A stretch of DNA of 64,000 nucleotides, taken from the human T2T-CHM13v2.0 reference genome, Homo sapiens. Below, piece after piece: positions 42,381 to 56,853 of the stretch. The stretch is from NCBI RefSeq assembly GCF_009914755.1, contig NC_060926.1; one strand, given 5' to 3'. Made by a program: the position numbers and the translations under genes. The number at the start of each line of letters is the position of its first letter. Position 1 is the stretch's first letter. The notes beneath the pieces were generated by a model that saw only the letters and a program-made list of their open reading frames with translations, did not search any database and had not been told where the DNA came from.

Positions 42381-42650
42381 CGTATGTGTATTGTATTTAT
42401 ATACATGTGTAGATACAGGGAGGATAAAGTCACATAAAATGTCTTCTTTGACCTCAAAGGGCTTAAAGTTTATTGTTTTGCAAATAGCGTATCGATATTT
42501 TGCTCAACACATTTATGTCATTAGAGTAAAATTAAAGCAAAATGATAAAAAGATCATTGAATGTAAGTAAAATCAGAATCCTAGCTTAGACTTCATGCAT
42601 ATTTAATGTACTACCATTAAATGATGAAGTTCATTAGGAGTTATAAATAC

Positions 42651-42865
42651 GAGAGGCAGCATGGCAGAATTAAGTCCACGAGCTCTGGAGTCAGGCTCCC
42701 TGGGCCTGGATCCACACACTCACTAGCTATGTGGTTTTGGGCAAGTTACTTAACCTCTCTGTCTTTCTGTTACCTCAGTTGTAAAATGGAAATAATAATA
42801 GGACTATGACCTCATAGGGATTATTATGAGATTAAATGAGTTATCATATATAAAACACTTTTAAT
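42651..42865 (+). mobile_element. MIR
   Basis: gggcaagttacttaacctctctg...tgtaaaatggaaataataata core. Confidence 0.85.
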
Positions 42866-44801
42866 AAAAACAACAGATAGAAAGAACACTAGATAATATG
42901 TATGTATTTATGCATCTGTGTAATACATGGCAATGCATGTACTTTTTTAACATGCTCTTTCTTTGCTGTTACCTAAAAGACTATTCTATTCAGTTGATGC
43001 TGTACTGCAGAATATAAATACATCTTTGGAAAGTCTTTTTATTTAATTTAGCAAATGAATTATATTAATCCCATACATTAAAAGAAAGGTGAACCAAATC
43101 ATCCCCTTAATATTGTTTTTGCAGTTTTGCATCCAATATGAAGTCCCACTGTTTGGAAACTGCCACAAACATTAAGAAACATAGACAGTAAAATACTTTT
43201 AAAATGAAGCACCAGATTTAGTTAAATATATGTCTTTTTGAATTAGCTGTGTGATAAGAAGGAGCTGGTTGATAAAGGACAAGAGAAATGCTAAATACGC
43301 ATCATGACAAACAGTGAAAAATTAAGGATTGTAACTAACATTAATTACATTCCAGTAAGATGAATAGGCTGCTCATCATTAATGAGAACATACACCTTTG
43401 TCTAAGTTTCACATCCACCTGTGATGAATGTGCTAATGGGGATAAAATACATCATAGTAACATTTGAATTAACAGCACACTAATAGATTGACATATGAGT
43501 ATGAATAAAGCATTTAATCATAGAAACTATACCACACCCAAGAGCAAATTTTTCCATCTCTCCTACATCACATCCAAGTGAGTGTAGAAAACATTAGAGA
43601 CTTATTTTAAATTATATATTTAAGACACTATCCACATTGTGTAACACTACAGAAAAAAGAATTTACTTATTGCATTCCAATGAACTTCACTAAGGTGAAT
43701 AAAAAGATTCAATCTAACTCTGATGAGATAAAGGGACGTCAAATCCTGTGTTATGCAAGCTGTAGCATTGTGTCTTGTGTATGTGCTGCTGATGAAATGT
43801 TATCAGTTTAATACCAAACATAAAGTGTACTGAGCTAAGGTCAGGCTTCTGTTTTGGGGAGAGTTCTATGAGAAGTCAAATCTATCCTTTTTGTTGCTAT
43901 CTGATATCATTTCTATTGCTATAGACTAGTACCTCATAAATAAGGCAGTGCCACATTATTTTGATGGATGTTGGATTTCTAATATATTAAGTAATATTAT
44001 TTAAAGCTGCACCCACTGTGATTAAATATTCTTGGAGGAGAGCAATTATGCATATATCACAACAATGGGGATAATAAGCATATGTGTATAATCTAAATCC
44101 ATTTCTGGTGAAGATAATAAGCATGCTATGTGATATTTTCAAGCAATCCCAAGATCATGTATAAATCACTTTAGTCTTTATTCTTATTTAAAAATTGTGA
44201 GTCAAAACCATTTCATTGCATAACAATAATAGCTAGAAGCCCTTTGAAAAGTATTATAAACCATCAATCATTTATTCAGCCACTGAGCTCCTATTAGGTC
44301 ATGTACAATGGCAGTGCTCAGATAGGTATGTGGACACTGAAGACAAGGTTTTGGCCCTCGAGGAGCAAATAGACTCACTGTGGAGGACAGAAGTACCAAC
44401 AAGTGTGCTGAAGATCTCAAACACAGACTTAAGCTGTGTGGATCCTAGCATGGAGGGAGGGAATTGCTTGGAGGTAGGGTAATCACTTACAAGAGGATAG
44501 AAGGATATTCTGCGGAAAAAGGATAATTAAAAAATTTTTAATTGACAAATAAAAATTTTATAGATTATGTACAACATGATATTTTAAAATATGTATACAT
44601 TGTGGAATGGTTAACTCAAGCTATTAGCATGCGTTACCTCACATACTTACCATTTTGTGGTGAGAACACTTAAAATGCACTCTCTGCATTTTCAAGAATA
44701 TAATACATTGTTATGAACTACAGTTACCATGTTGCACAATAGATCTCTTGAACATATTCCTCCTATCTAACTGAAATTTTGCATCCTCTGACCAACAGCT
44801 C

Positions 44802-44928
44802 TCCCCTACATCCCAGTTGCAAGACATTCCAGTTCTGCCAGCTCTTGACACAGGTCTAAACTGCTGCGGGCCATGCAGAAAAGGGTTTCAGGCCTCTGTG
44901 TCCTCTCAGGGCCTGGAAATGTGCCCGG
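44802..44928 (-). repeat. Inverted copy of 41453-41576 inserted in L1MA
   Basis: Non-L1 sequence interrupting the L1MA 3'UTR. Confidence 0.92.
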
Positions 44929-45673
44929 CCTGAGTTTGACTTTTTTAGATTCCACATATAAGTGAGATCATGCAGTACTGGCCTTTCTGCTCATGGCCTA
45001 TTTCACCTAAAAAAACGTCCTCACAGTTCATCTGTGTTGATGCAAATGTCAGGCCTTCCTTATTTTATTTTGTTATTTATTTTTTTAACTACTCCCTTGA
45101 AACGGCATGAAACTTCCTTATTTTTTTAAGGTCAAATAGTATTTCATTGTACATAAATGCTACATTTTCTTTATTCATCCACTGTTGAACATTGAGGTTA
45201 ATTTCATATCTTGGTTATTGTGAATAATGCTGCAATAAATATGAGGGTACAGGTATCTCTTGGAGATACTGATTTCATATCCTTTGAATACATTCCCAGT
45301 AGTGCGATCACTGGATCACATGGTAGTTGTATTTTGAATTTTTTGAGGAACCTCCATACTGTTTTCCATAATGGCTGCATTAACTTACATTCCTATCAAC
45401 AGTGTGTGAGGTTTCTTTTTTCTTCACATCCTTAACAAATCTTTTATCTTTTTGATAATAGCCATTCTAACAGGTGTGAGGTGATATGTTATGGTGGCTT
45501 CAATTTGCATTTTGCTGATGATTAGTCACGTCGAACATTTTTTCCTAGACCTTCATCAATTTATGTGTCTTTTGAGAATTGTCTGTTCTCCTTTACCCAT
45601 TTTTTAATTGAGTTATTCAGTTTCTTGCTATTTATTTGTTTGAGTTCCTTATATATTTTGGATATTAAGTTTT

Positions 45674-46056
45674 TGTATTAGTCCATTTTCATGCTGCTGA
45701 TAAAGACATACTTTATCAGCAATTGCCAGCAAGACTGGGCAATTTACAAAAGAAAGAGGTTTACTGGACTTACAGTTCCACATGGCTGGGGAGACCTCAC
45801 AATCATGGCAGAAGGCAAGGAGGAGCAAGTTACATCTTACATGGATGGCAACAGGCAAAGAGAGAGCTTGTGCAGAGAAACTCCCATTTTTAAAACCATC
45901 AGATCTTGTGAGACCCATTCGCTACCACAAGAACAGCATGGGAAAGACCCACTTCCATGATTCAATCATCTCCCACTCGGTCCCTCCCACAACATGTGGG
46001 AATTATGGGAGTTACAAGATGAGATTTGGGTAGGGACACAGAGACAAACCATATCA
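45674..46056 (-). mobile_element. THE1 solo LTR
   Basis: tgtattagtccattttcatgctgctgataaagacata...gggacacagagacaaaccatatca; TSD gtttt. Confidence 0.93.
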
Positions 46057-46174
46057 GTTTTTATCAGATGCGTAGTTTGAAAATATTTTCCCCCATTCTA
46101 TAGGTTGTCTTTTCACGCTGTTGACTGTTTTCTTGATTGTGCAGAAGAATTTTAGTTTGATACAATCCCATTTA

Positions 46175-46541
<367 letters not shown>

Positions 46542-46570
46542 CATCATTGCCCAGACCAATGTCATTGAAC

Positions 46571-46858
46571 TTTTTTTTTGAGACAGGGTCTCATTCTGTG
46601 AAACCAGCCCAGACTAGAGTGCAGTGGTATGATTTTGGCTCACTGCTGCCTCAGCTTCCTAGGCTCAAGTGATTCTCCTGCTTCAGACTCCTGAGTAGCT
46701 GGGATTACAGGCGTGCACCACCATGCCATGCTAATTTTTGTAGAGACAGGGTTTCACCATGTTGCCCAGGCTGGTCTCGAATTCTTGGGCTCAAATGATC
46801 TGCCTTCCTTGGCCTCCCAAAGTGCTGGAATTAGAGACACGAGCCACCGCACCTGGCT
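46571..46858 (-). mobile_element. AluJ
   Basis: Full dimer, antisense. Confidence 0.93.
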
Positions 46859-47894
46859 AGAGCTTTTCTAAAAGGGAAAAATTGGAGTTCATCATGCAGC
46901 TTTTCTTTTTTGCCTCCTTCCTGAGACTTATGCCCAAGGGACTAAAATAAGACCAACATTAAAAGTAGTCTCCTAAAATGTCTTGACCTAGAGGAGCTCA
47001 ACAGTGTAGCCTAAAAACAGAGTGCATCTGAAGTCCTTCATCCACTGGGGGTTACAGGCAAAGTCCATGGGAGTGTGGAACAGACAGAGTGGGAAATTGG
47101 ATATAAAAATCAAATCTACACAAATAATTACAATGAATATATTACAGTAACAGAGGTAAATAAAACATGCTATAGGCAGACAGAAGATAACAATGAATCC
47201 TGTTCTTAACATTTGTAGACATTTTCACAAAGGAGATAATATAAGTTGCACCTTGAAAAAAGGATAGGAGTTCTTCAGATAGAGGAAAGAGGAGAATTCC
47301 TAGTAATGGAAGAGAAGGCACAAGGCCAAGGCCATGGATATTTAGAAGAGGGCAAAGAGTTTGATATGATTGGCATATAGGCTGCATGAAGCTGGAAGTG
47401 AGAGAGATAGGACTGGCTATAAAGTGTAGAGTATATCATTTAAAAATATATATTCTTGTTTTTGAGAGAAAATAATATTCATCTCCGTATCTATAGGAAG
47501 ACAGTTGAGGAAAAACAAAGCAGACTGATTTATTTACCTATTGTATAGTGCCTTTGTTTTTTTCCCAACAAATACATGGAATATTTTCAGCAAACGTATC
47601 AGATTTGAGCTAGTTGCTGAGAATTATCATAGGAAACAAGGGACAGTAGGGACAATGTCTATCCTCCAGAAGCCTGCAGTCTACTGTGGATCAGAAGAAA
47701 ATAGACAAGGAGAGTCAGTCAAAGGAAAAACTTGCTGAAACTATGATGTGGTAGGCCTAGGTGTTACAAGCCACAGTAGGAGAACTTCAGAAGTCTGAAA
47801 GTGAATGACATATGAGGTAAACTTTCTAGAGGAGGAAACATTTAAGTTGACATAAGAAGGATGGTGAAATTGGATAGGGAAAAGTACAGAATTA

Positions 47895-48215
<321 letters not shown>

Positions 48216-48309
48216 TTAAAACAATACATTTCTGAGGTCTTAAATATCTTTCTACTCTCCACCTCATCGATCCCAGTGCCTTACACACAGTGGGCACATT
48301 CCTACTAGT

Positions 48310-49005
48310 CGCAGCTGCTATTGTTGCATTAACAAACCCCTCCAAAACCTAGCCATTTTATTTATGGATTCTATGAATTAGATATTTGACACAGCAGGAA
48401 TGGTTTGTTTCCATTCCATGATATCTGGATCCTCCATGATATTTGAGAAGAAGCCAGGTGTGACCAGATGTCTAAGGGCTGCAATCATCTAACGGTGTCT
48501 TCACTCACACGACTGGGTGATGCTGGCTGTTGGTTGAGGCTTTAGCTGGACTGTCAGCCAGAATATTCACACATTAACTAGCTATTGGAATACCCAGAGG
48601 TGCCCACTGGGTGGCATCCACCTATGTGTTTGTTGATTGGTGTTGGCTATTGGTCAGAGCCTCAGTTGGACTGTCAGCCAAGATAGCTACATGTGATCCT
48701 TCCACATGATCTCTCCACATGAGCTAGCTGGGCTTCCTCATGACATGGCAGCTGGGCTCCAAGAGCAAGTGTCTCAAGATAGCAAGACAAAGTGCTTGGC
48801 ATTTTAATGATCTAGCTTCAGAAGTCACAGAACATTCGTTTCACAGTACTCTGTTTTTCAGGAAGTCATACTCTCTCTGATTCTCAGAAAAGGGACACAG
48901 ACCCCTCCACTTGACAGAGGAGTGTCAAGGTCACGCTGGACACAGGCTGTGTGGGATGGGAGGTATTGCTCTGGCTAGCTTCGGAAAACATGATCCGCTC
49001 TAGCA
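48310..49005 (-). mobile_element. MLT1F/G/H-like MaLR LTR
   Basis: gggcttcctcatgacatggcagctggg...gatctagcttcagaagtcacag motifs. Confidence 0.7.
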
Positions 49006-50269
49006 CTCAACAAGTATCTGTTGAATGAATGAATAACTTGTAAAAATTGTGTTTGAAACTAATGGCAGATAATGAAAGACTAACAGACCTTTTAAAAAGG
49101 AAATTTCTGAGGCCACAGCAATCACTTATTAAGAAGTTGTCTCACTGTGATTTAGACATGTCCATCATGTTAACTACTTAGATCAGCATTTCCAAGAATC
49201 TGTTAGGTAGAATAGTGTTACAGAGAAAAATTTCATAATCAAATAAAATGCACAGAATACTGCATCTATTTGCCCCTGTATCAGTTATCTATTGCTGTGA
49301 AACAAACTACCCCCCAAATCACTGGCTCAAAATAGCCACCATTTTATGGTTCTCGCTTCTGTGGGTCTGGAATTTGGGCAGGACTCAGCAGAGACAGTTC
49401 ATCCCTGCTCCTTGGGCTACTAGGTGGGGTGGTTCCACTGGGGCTAGGCATCTCAGATGGTCTCACACTCACATTTAAAAATTTTTACTTTACCTTTTCT
49501 TCCTGCCCCCTCCCCCAGCCCAGAGTTCCTTTATAGCCTTATTTAAAATCAGTGCTCCAGAGACTACAGAAACGGCATGTATTTAAATTCTGCTTCAATT
49601 GTATTTATCTGGGCATCAGAGGCAACAAATCACCCATGGCAGAGTTAGCTGTGTAATATCAGTCAGTGTTGAGACAATTGTCCCAACTTTGGTTTAAAGC
49701 TGAAGTCCGCAAAAATGGTGTACAGGGCACTCTGTGGGATGTGCAGTGCTGGTTATGCCTTTGCATATGCATGTGGGTGTGCATGCACCCTTTCTTCCCC
49801 CCATACTCATGAGGCGTTCTTAGAATGATGTGATCTCCCCAATCCTTTCATTTTCTTCCTTGAAGGGAACTCAGAGAATGTAGCTTGTGACCTCCCTGTG
49901 CCCTTTTACCAACTCTGCCTTAGAGAGGTGGGATGGCTTATTTGATTGGTCAATTTGAGAAGAATAGCTGGGCTTGCTTGGTTCCTTCTTTCCTTTTGGG
50001 CATGTTGCTCTGCTCCCTCATTGATGTAAGCCCCTCCGGCAGGACCCCTCTGTACTGCTTCCCAGGGCTGAGAGCACAGGACTGCCAGATCTGGAGTTCA
50101 ATGTTAACGTCTACTTTCCTGAAAGGCCTAATGCTCAATGTCTTCCAACTTGGCCTCCATCAATTATAAAGATAACATTTCCATCCCCGTTATTGTTCTT
50201 TTGTTTTATTTCTCAAATTGTTCAGAGCTAGGCTGAAAAGAGGGTGAGTATTGAAGGGACCCCTTTATA

Positions 50270-50470
50270 GATTGAGCATGATGTCTGGGTTCAAAGTCTG
50301 GTTCCTTTTCTTGTTGGAATGGTGACTTTGAGCAAGTAACTTAACTTCTCTGGGGCTCACTTTCCTCCTCTATAAAATGGGAATAATAATAGTACTTATC
50401 AAGTTATTTTGAAGATTAAATAAAAAGCACTGATAATACTGTAAAACAGTCAATACATTTAGCTATTATG
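50270..50470 (+). mobile_element. MIR
   Basis: gtgactttgagcaagtaacttaacttctctgg...tataaaatgggaataataatagtac. Confidence 0.8.
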
Positions 50471-51689
50471 TGTTCATTTATTCATCTACTGATCAAATTA
50501 TATTTTAGGTGGATTTTTCTGCATGCTATGGATAATAAGAGAGAGAGGGTGGCTACATTTGTATCATTTAGAGTTTAGTCGGGAGAGAGGCAGTGAACAA
50601 GTAACTAACCACATACACCATGCACAAGAACATTTCAGAGAGTGATAGATGTTACGGAGTAAAACGCCAGGGGATCAGGTGGGGTGTGGAAAAAGAGTGC
50701 TTTAGCTGGGGTAGTCAGGGAAGGTCTTTCTGTGATTCTCATGCAGTAGCTGTTTAGTTGGCTGAGTGAGGGCCTCAAAGGAGAATGGATGGTTAGTAGC
50801 GAAAAGCAAAACTACCCCTGCAAAGGCAATCTGCAAAGTCTGTAACAGAACATTCTTTTGCTTTCCTCATGAAATTAAATGCTGTCACTTATCTCAAAAC
50901 AGCTGTGGGTGGTTTTGTGCAAAAATTTTGGGATAGTTTCTGGGTTCTTCAGATGGTTTCCTTTGCCTAAGAATGATTTTCGGGGTGTGGGGATTAGTTC
51001 CTTATCAAGATTAACAAGGCATCGAGAGCCATCATATAGTCAGAAAAGGAAGTGCAGAGGGTTTAGTGAAACTTTCAGAGCTCTTCCAAGGACCACAAAT
51101 AGTAACCTAGTAAAATGGGTCAGAGTGTTGGGAGAGTGGCATCATACTCATATAGGTAAGCAGAGAGGTTAACAAAGAGTTAAAGCTAAAATCTCCACAA
51201 GAGGAAGCCGGAGAGGAACACCTTGTTCACCAAGCTGTCCAGCTCCCAACTCAATGGAGGGTAACTCCTGGCTGGCTGAGGTTTAATTTGTCCTGCTGGG
51301 TGTTCACAGTAGAAGCTTCTTGCTTGGCATATGGACATATGGGTCTGTTTACTTTGACTCTGGCTACTGGGTTTGTTGGGGGTACATACCAGTTCCTTGA
51401 TATGGTAGTGCCCCCACTCTCCCTATTACATTGTTTCACCAATTTACAAATCACACTGGCAGATTCTTCTTTAAAGAACATATTAAGAGCATGTGGAGAA
51501 ATGAAAATCTTAATGATCAATATAAGTTATTTAACAAGAGGGCTAATAAAAGACATCCAGGTAATATCCAAATAAGAAAAATGACAAGTAACTCAACAAT
51601 ATGTACTAGAAAGGGCACAGATCTGGGTATTAGCACCTTGGTTCTAGCTCTGCCACCTGTTAGCGGAGCAAGTAAATCGGGAAGAAAAC

Positions 51690-51915
51690 TAAGATTTATT
51701 GGGCACCTACTATGTGACAAATTTTGTGCTAGTAACTTTCTATAAAATATTGCATTTAATCTTTACAACACCTTATAAAATAAGTGTTAATCCTCCCATT
51801 TTATAGATGAGGAAACTGAGGCATGGTGAAATTAAGTGTTCACACAATTAGAAATGGGAGGCCAAGTTTGAAGCTTAGGGCTGTCACATCTACAAGTGGG
51901 CTCTTCCTAGGATAC
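51690..51915 (-). mobile_element. MIR
   Basis: cccattttatagatgaggaaactgaggc. Confidence 0.8.
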
Positions 51916-52099
51916 TATGTTTTCATTAGACTCAATACTGCCTTTGGTTACTTTTACATTTTCCCATGGGGCCATAATGTACACTCTCTAATGCTTTCTT
52001 CTAGTTCTAAAGTTTACTCATGGCTGCCTGAGGTTTTAGTTGAACCTAGAACTACTTCTAGTTCTAAAAATACTCCTCTGAGTATTTTAAAAATATTAA

Positions 52100-52568
52100 T
52101 AATCTGTTGGTTTAAAACACGTTCACAAGTTCTTTGACATTCCCTTAAAAGATAGAGCCTTATTTCCCTCCCCTTGAATGCAGCTGGGCTTAGCAACTTG
52201 CTTCTAATGAATGGAACAAGGTATAAATGGCAGCATGTGATCTTTAAAGCTAGGTTATAAAAGGCAATACTATTGATTCTTCTTTGCTTTTTCTTAGATT
52301 TCTTGTGTTCTGGGAAAGCTGGCCATGCTGTGAGGACACTCAAGCTGCCTAATGAGAGGTGCCTTTGGTGGGGAACCCAGGCCTCTTGTCAACAGCCATG
52401 TGAAGGAACCCCAGTTAAACCCTCACATGAGACTGCATCCTCGGCCAACATCTTGATCATGACCTCATGAATTTCTGACCCACAGAAACTGTGAACTTAT
52501 AAGCAATTGTTTTCTTAATCCACTAAGTTTGGGGTATTTTCTTACACAGCAACAAATAGCCAATACAA
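52100..52568 (+). mobile_element. MLT1E/F-like MaLR LTR
   Basis: atttccctccccttgaatgcagctgggcttag...ctaagtttggggt...cagcaacaaatagccaataca. Confidence 0.75.
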
Positions 52569-54994
52569 TAATAAACGGGCCAGGTATAAAGTCAAACATG
52601 GCCTTTAAAAAAGTGTTATATACTCATTGAAGATATATTAAGGAAATCTGAATGGATTAGTCAAAAAATACAAGGAAAATGAGAAAGAGAAGTTTATAAG
52701 GCCATGTCACACTTTTAGTAGCACCAGTCCCTTAAGTCTAAAGTTTTGGCCTGACAATATTCATGCCTTTTTTGCTGAAAGTTATCAGTAGGATAAGAGA
52801 AGATTTGGCATAAGAGTTTGGGTGAATTCTATCTATTTGTGATTGTCTTTAGTGCTCTGCTCATAGAATACAAATCTCCGGATAAGATGGGAGGAGAGAA
52901 AACTTGATAGTGTTGACTTTCTACCCCACTGCATTCATAAAATCTAGCTAGATTGTATCTGCAATATAGAATATCAGTGTTGGAAGCAACCTCAAGAACC
53001 ATCTAATATTTTCTTTAAGAGATTTAGGAGTGGGAGCACTAAAGTGTAGTGGTTGTCCATAGTCACGGGGCAGGTGGGTGCTTTTCCTGAGACTCCAGGT
53101 GGCTGAATTCCAGAGCAGTCCTTGTGCTTCTACTGGAGGCTGGAGGCTGCTTAGGGTCCAATTGCTGAAGTGACTTCTGTAGGTATATTTATCTGAGCAG
53201 AGGTGACAAAGTGGCTTCCAGTGCTTCTACAGGTTCTCCATACTTCTCTTCTCACACACCTTGCCATGTGTCTTGGGTAGTAAGATTTGCATTTTGTTGG
53301 GAAGCCTCTCCTTTGATCATAAGGAAGCCTAAAAGATCACTGATGTAAGCTAAAAAGAACTCAGATGGGAATTGATGAAAGCAATTCAAATGTTGGAGAA
53401 ACAGCATTGCTCAACAAAATGCTCCAGAGTCACTGATTTTAATGGCTATTTCCTTAGAGAGGGTGGCCTTCTTACTACTGGAGGATTGACTGGTGACATT
53501 CCTAAGAAAGACATTTCTAGAGAAATTCTGAAACTGACTCAAAGAAACACGAGACTTCATTTTCATGGACTTAAAAATAATTTTAACATCAATCATTTAA
53601 TGAAAAAGAAGTAGTGTGAACAGGAAGTAGCACAAAATACAGTGTTGCAGTGGAAGATTGGTGCATGCTGTTGGGAAGCGGAAGCCGAGGAGGTTGTGGA
53701 TGTGGGGAACAAGTACTCTGTAAGGACAGGGAGAGAGTGGTCAGAGGGGCAGAGAACCAAGAGAGCCACTCATCCAAGCAGCCCTAATATGGGCTCTTTT
53801 GAACTGGCGTAGTGCCCCAAACACTAAAGGGGATGAGATGATGAGCTCCAGCTGCTTCTCCCGATGGTGTCTGTCCAACATGGTGATTCTGGGACATGGA
53901 CATTTGCATGCTTACATGTGTGGAGGGCACCCCAAGGCTTATCATCACCCCCAGATCTCCCTGAGGTTTTCTTTACAGGCTGGCATCCCTAGCAGTGCAT
54001 CTGGAGTGACTTTCTGGTTACTGCCCTGGCCTGGAGGCCTGGTTTCCTCCATTAAATTTCACCATCTTATTGCCAACCCAAGGGTATCAGTGCCTATTGG
54101 CTACATTATATGATACTGTCTCTCAGGACCTAATCTGCTAGTCTGCTAAAAAACAAACAACCCCTACCCCCCCCGCAAAAAAAAACAAAAACAAACAAAT
54201 AAAAAAACCCTGCTTAGCCACATCTACTCCCCTGATCAGTGGCTTTCTCCCTGCTCTCCTAACGAAAGTCTTTAGGGTCTTCATTTTCTCCTCTGGCTGA
54301 CACTCTTCCATGCATCCAATTCCTTCTCCATTAAAAGGGATTTAGCAGTGGTCTCTGAAAACATGTCCAGCAGGATGTCCACTTTCAGCTGCAAGAGACT
54401 GTTCTCTTCCTCCAGTTGCTAGTTCTGCCTGTGAAGGCACTGGGCCTCCCTCCGGTCCACACCTCCACTAATCCCTGTCTCTGCTATCCACCGGCCATTT
54501 TCAAACTTCTGGCTTTGTGTTTGTTTTTGTTTTATGAACATTTTCGAGGTTCATAGTGGGAATTCCATAGTCCAGGCCCAGCTCCACCTCCTGGGTTGAC
54601 TGATCAAAGGAATGCAGGTTGGAGAGAGAAGCAGACGTCCAAGGAGGCATCTCCTTGGGACTAAAGATACCCCCAAAGAGGGGCATCTTTGGCTTGATGA
54701 TGGAAAAGCCAATGCTCCCTTCTCCTGACATGTCCCAGAAGCCAGGGTCCAAGCATACCTCAAGACTTCCTGCAAGGACCCCATCCAGGTTCCCATCACC
54801 CACTGTGACCATAGCCTGCCAGCCTTCCTCATGGATTATTCTAATTATTAATTGGGAATAAGCGAAGTGAAGACAAAAGGTCTCCAGAAATGCTGGAGAC
54901 ATTGTTGTTGACTCTTCTCTTACTCTCACACCCACTTTTGGTCTCTCAGCAACTCTTCCTAGCCCTAACTGAAGATTATGTTTATGTATGTGTG

Positions 54995-54998
<4 letters not shown>

Positions 54999-55054
<56 letters not shown>
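54999..55054. repeat. (TA)n microsatellite
   Basis: About 28 perfect units. Confidence 0.95.
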
Positions 55055-55056
<2 letters not shown>

Positions 55057-56669
55057 TAGTGATAAGAGCTATTATATATATAAGAACTAATATATATATC
55101 TCCAAAATTCTGGCACTTTTCACTAAACCCTACCCCACTGCCACCATCTTGGTCAAAGCCACATTTCTCACCTGGATTACTGTAGAATACATTATAGCAA
55201 TACTGCAATTACTAGATTACTTTCTGTAATAGATTATTTTCAACTGACCCCCCACTTGCACCTTTGCTGTCTGTAATCTATTCTCAACACCACGGCAGAA
55301 TGCTCCTGTTGAAAGTAAGCCATTTCTCCGTTCAAAACTTTTCAATGGCTCCCCACCTCACTCAAAGTGAAAGCCCAAGTCCGTTCCGTGACCTACCAGG
55401 CTCTGTGTGTCCTGGCCACGGGGCTGCCCCACACCCCTGTCATTCATGACCATTCTGAGCTCATCTCCTGCCTCTCCCAGACTTTAACTACTCCAGCCAC
55501 ACGTGTCTTCTACTGGTGCTTGAATGAGCAGGCATATTCCCATCTTAAAGCCTGAGACTCCCATAGCTGCACTGGCTCAAATTTCAACCCCTTCAATCCA
55601 ACACTTTCTACCCCGACTCCTTGCTTTACTTTTTCTCCTTAGCTCTTATCCCTATGAAACATGCTGTATATTTAACTCATTTTTCTTGTTTGTTGCTCTT
55701 CTGGTGGACCAAGGGAGAGAAGACGATGGTGTAGACTGAAGAATTTGCAGTGGAGATGACCAGAAGAGTCTGGATTCAGGATAAATTTTTGAAGGTCATG
55801 CTGACAGGGCTTGCTGTGGGGTTGAATGCAGAGTTGAGAGAAAGAAATCCAAGGAGATGACTCTGGTTTTGACCTGAGAAATTGGGTGTATGGTGGTACT
55901 AGGATAGGAAAATAATTTAGGAATGATTTTTTTTGATAGAGAAGATCAATAGCTCAGTTTCAGCCGTGTTAATTTAAGACACCTATTAAACGTACAGAGA
56001 TGTAATAAAGATGTATTTATACATGCAAATCTAAACCTCAGGAAAGAGATCTGGACTAGTAAAATGAATTTGGGCATCATCAACATTTGGATGATATTTG
56101 AAGACATGGGGGCTTTTGGAATCACTAAAGAAAAAAGTGTAGCCAGAGAAGAGACTTATAAAAAAAATTGCTGGAGGAGCTAGTGCTTAAAGATTTAGTT
56201 TAGGAAGGAATAGATGATACAGAAAAGAAGAAACTGTTTCAGGAGCCCAGCTCATGAGAAGGAGAGCAAGCTGGGAAATAGGGCACAAGTTTACCAGAGC
56301 ATGTGACTACAGATATGAATAAGCTTGTGGAATGAAGGTGGGAAGTTGAAATGGTTTTCACATGATTGCATCTATATTTCTGCATGAAATATACGACAAA
56401 GTCTTCGGCTGAAGTTGAGTGGGAGGAGATGTTGGAGATTTGAGGACTGAGGAGAAAGTGTGTAATAGTCATCTTGGGAGTAGGTTAATGAATTTACTAG
56501 GGAAGTTTAGTTGTCAGATAGTGTTGAGTGCTCACTGAAGATTTTTGGTCATAAATTTGAAATGGGTCCTGATAGCCTTGGTTGTGTGACTTTTCTCCAG
56601 CAACATTTAGCCGCTTGGGTATGGGGGTACAGTAAGCGATTAGTTGAGTTGAAGAAGAGTTGGAGTGGG

Positions 56670-56853
56670 GAGAGGGAGAAATGGAGAGTTTCTATTCAAT
56701 GGGTATAGCTGCCATTATGCAAGGTGATCAAGACTGAGAGATCTGCTCTACAACATTGTGCCTGTGGTTAGCATTATTACATTGTATATTTAAAATTTGT
56801 TAATAGCGTAGATTTCATGTTAAGTGTTCTTACCACAATAAAAAAATAAAAAA
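56670..56853 (+). mobile_element. L1MA9/10 3' end
   Basis: gagatctgctctacaacattgtgcct...gttaagtgttcttaccacaataaaaa. Confidence 0.8.

Noticed and set aside
51251-51520. GGTTISR..Y / YAKQE as the AAA4 P-loop exon
   Set aside because: The GSGKQS P-loop is not recoverable and spacing is off.
54501-55208. 235-aa minus-strand ORF
   Set aside because: Runs through a (TA)n microsatellite and L2 fragments; no protein family signal.
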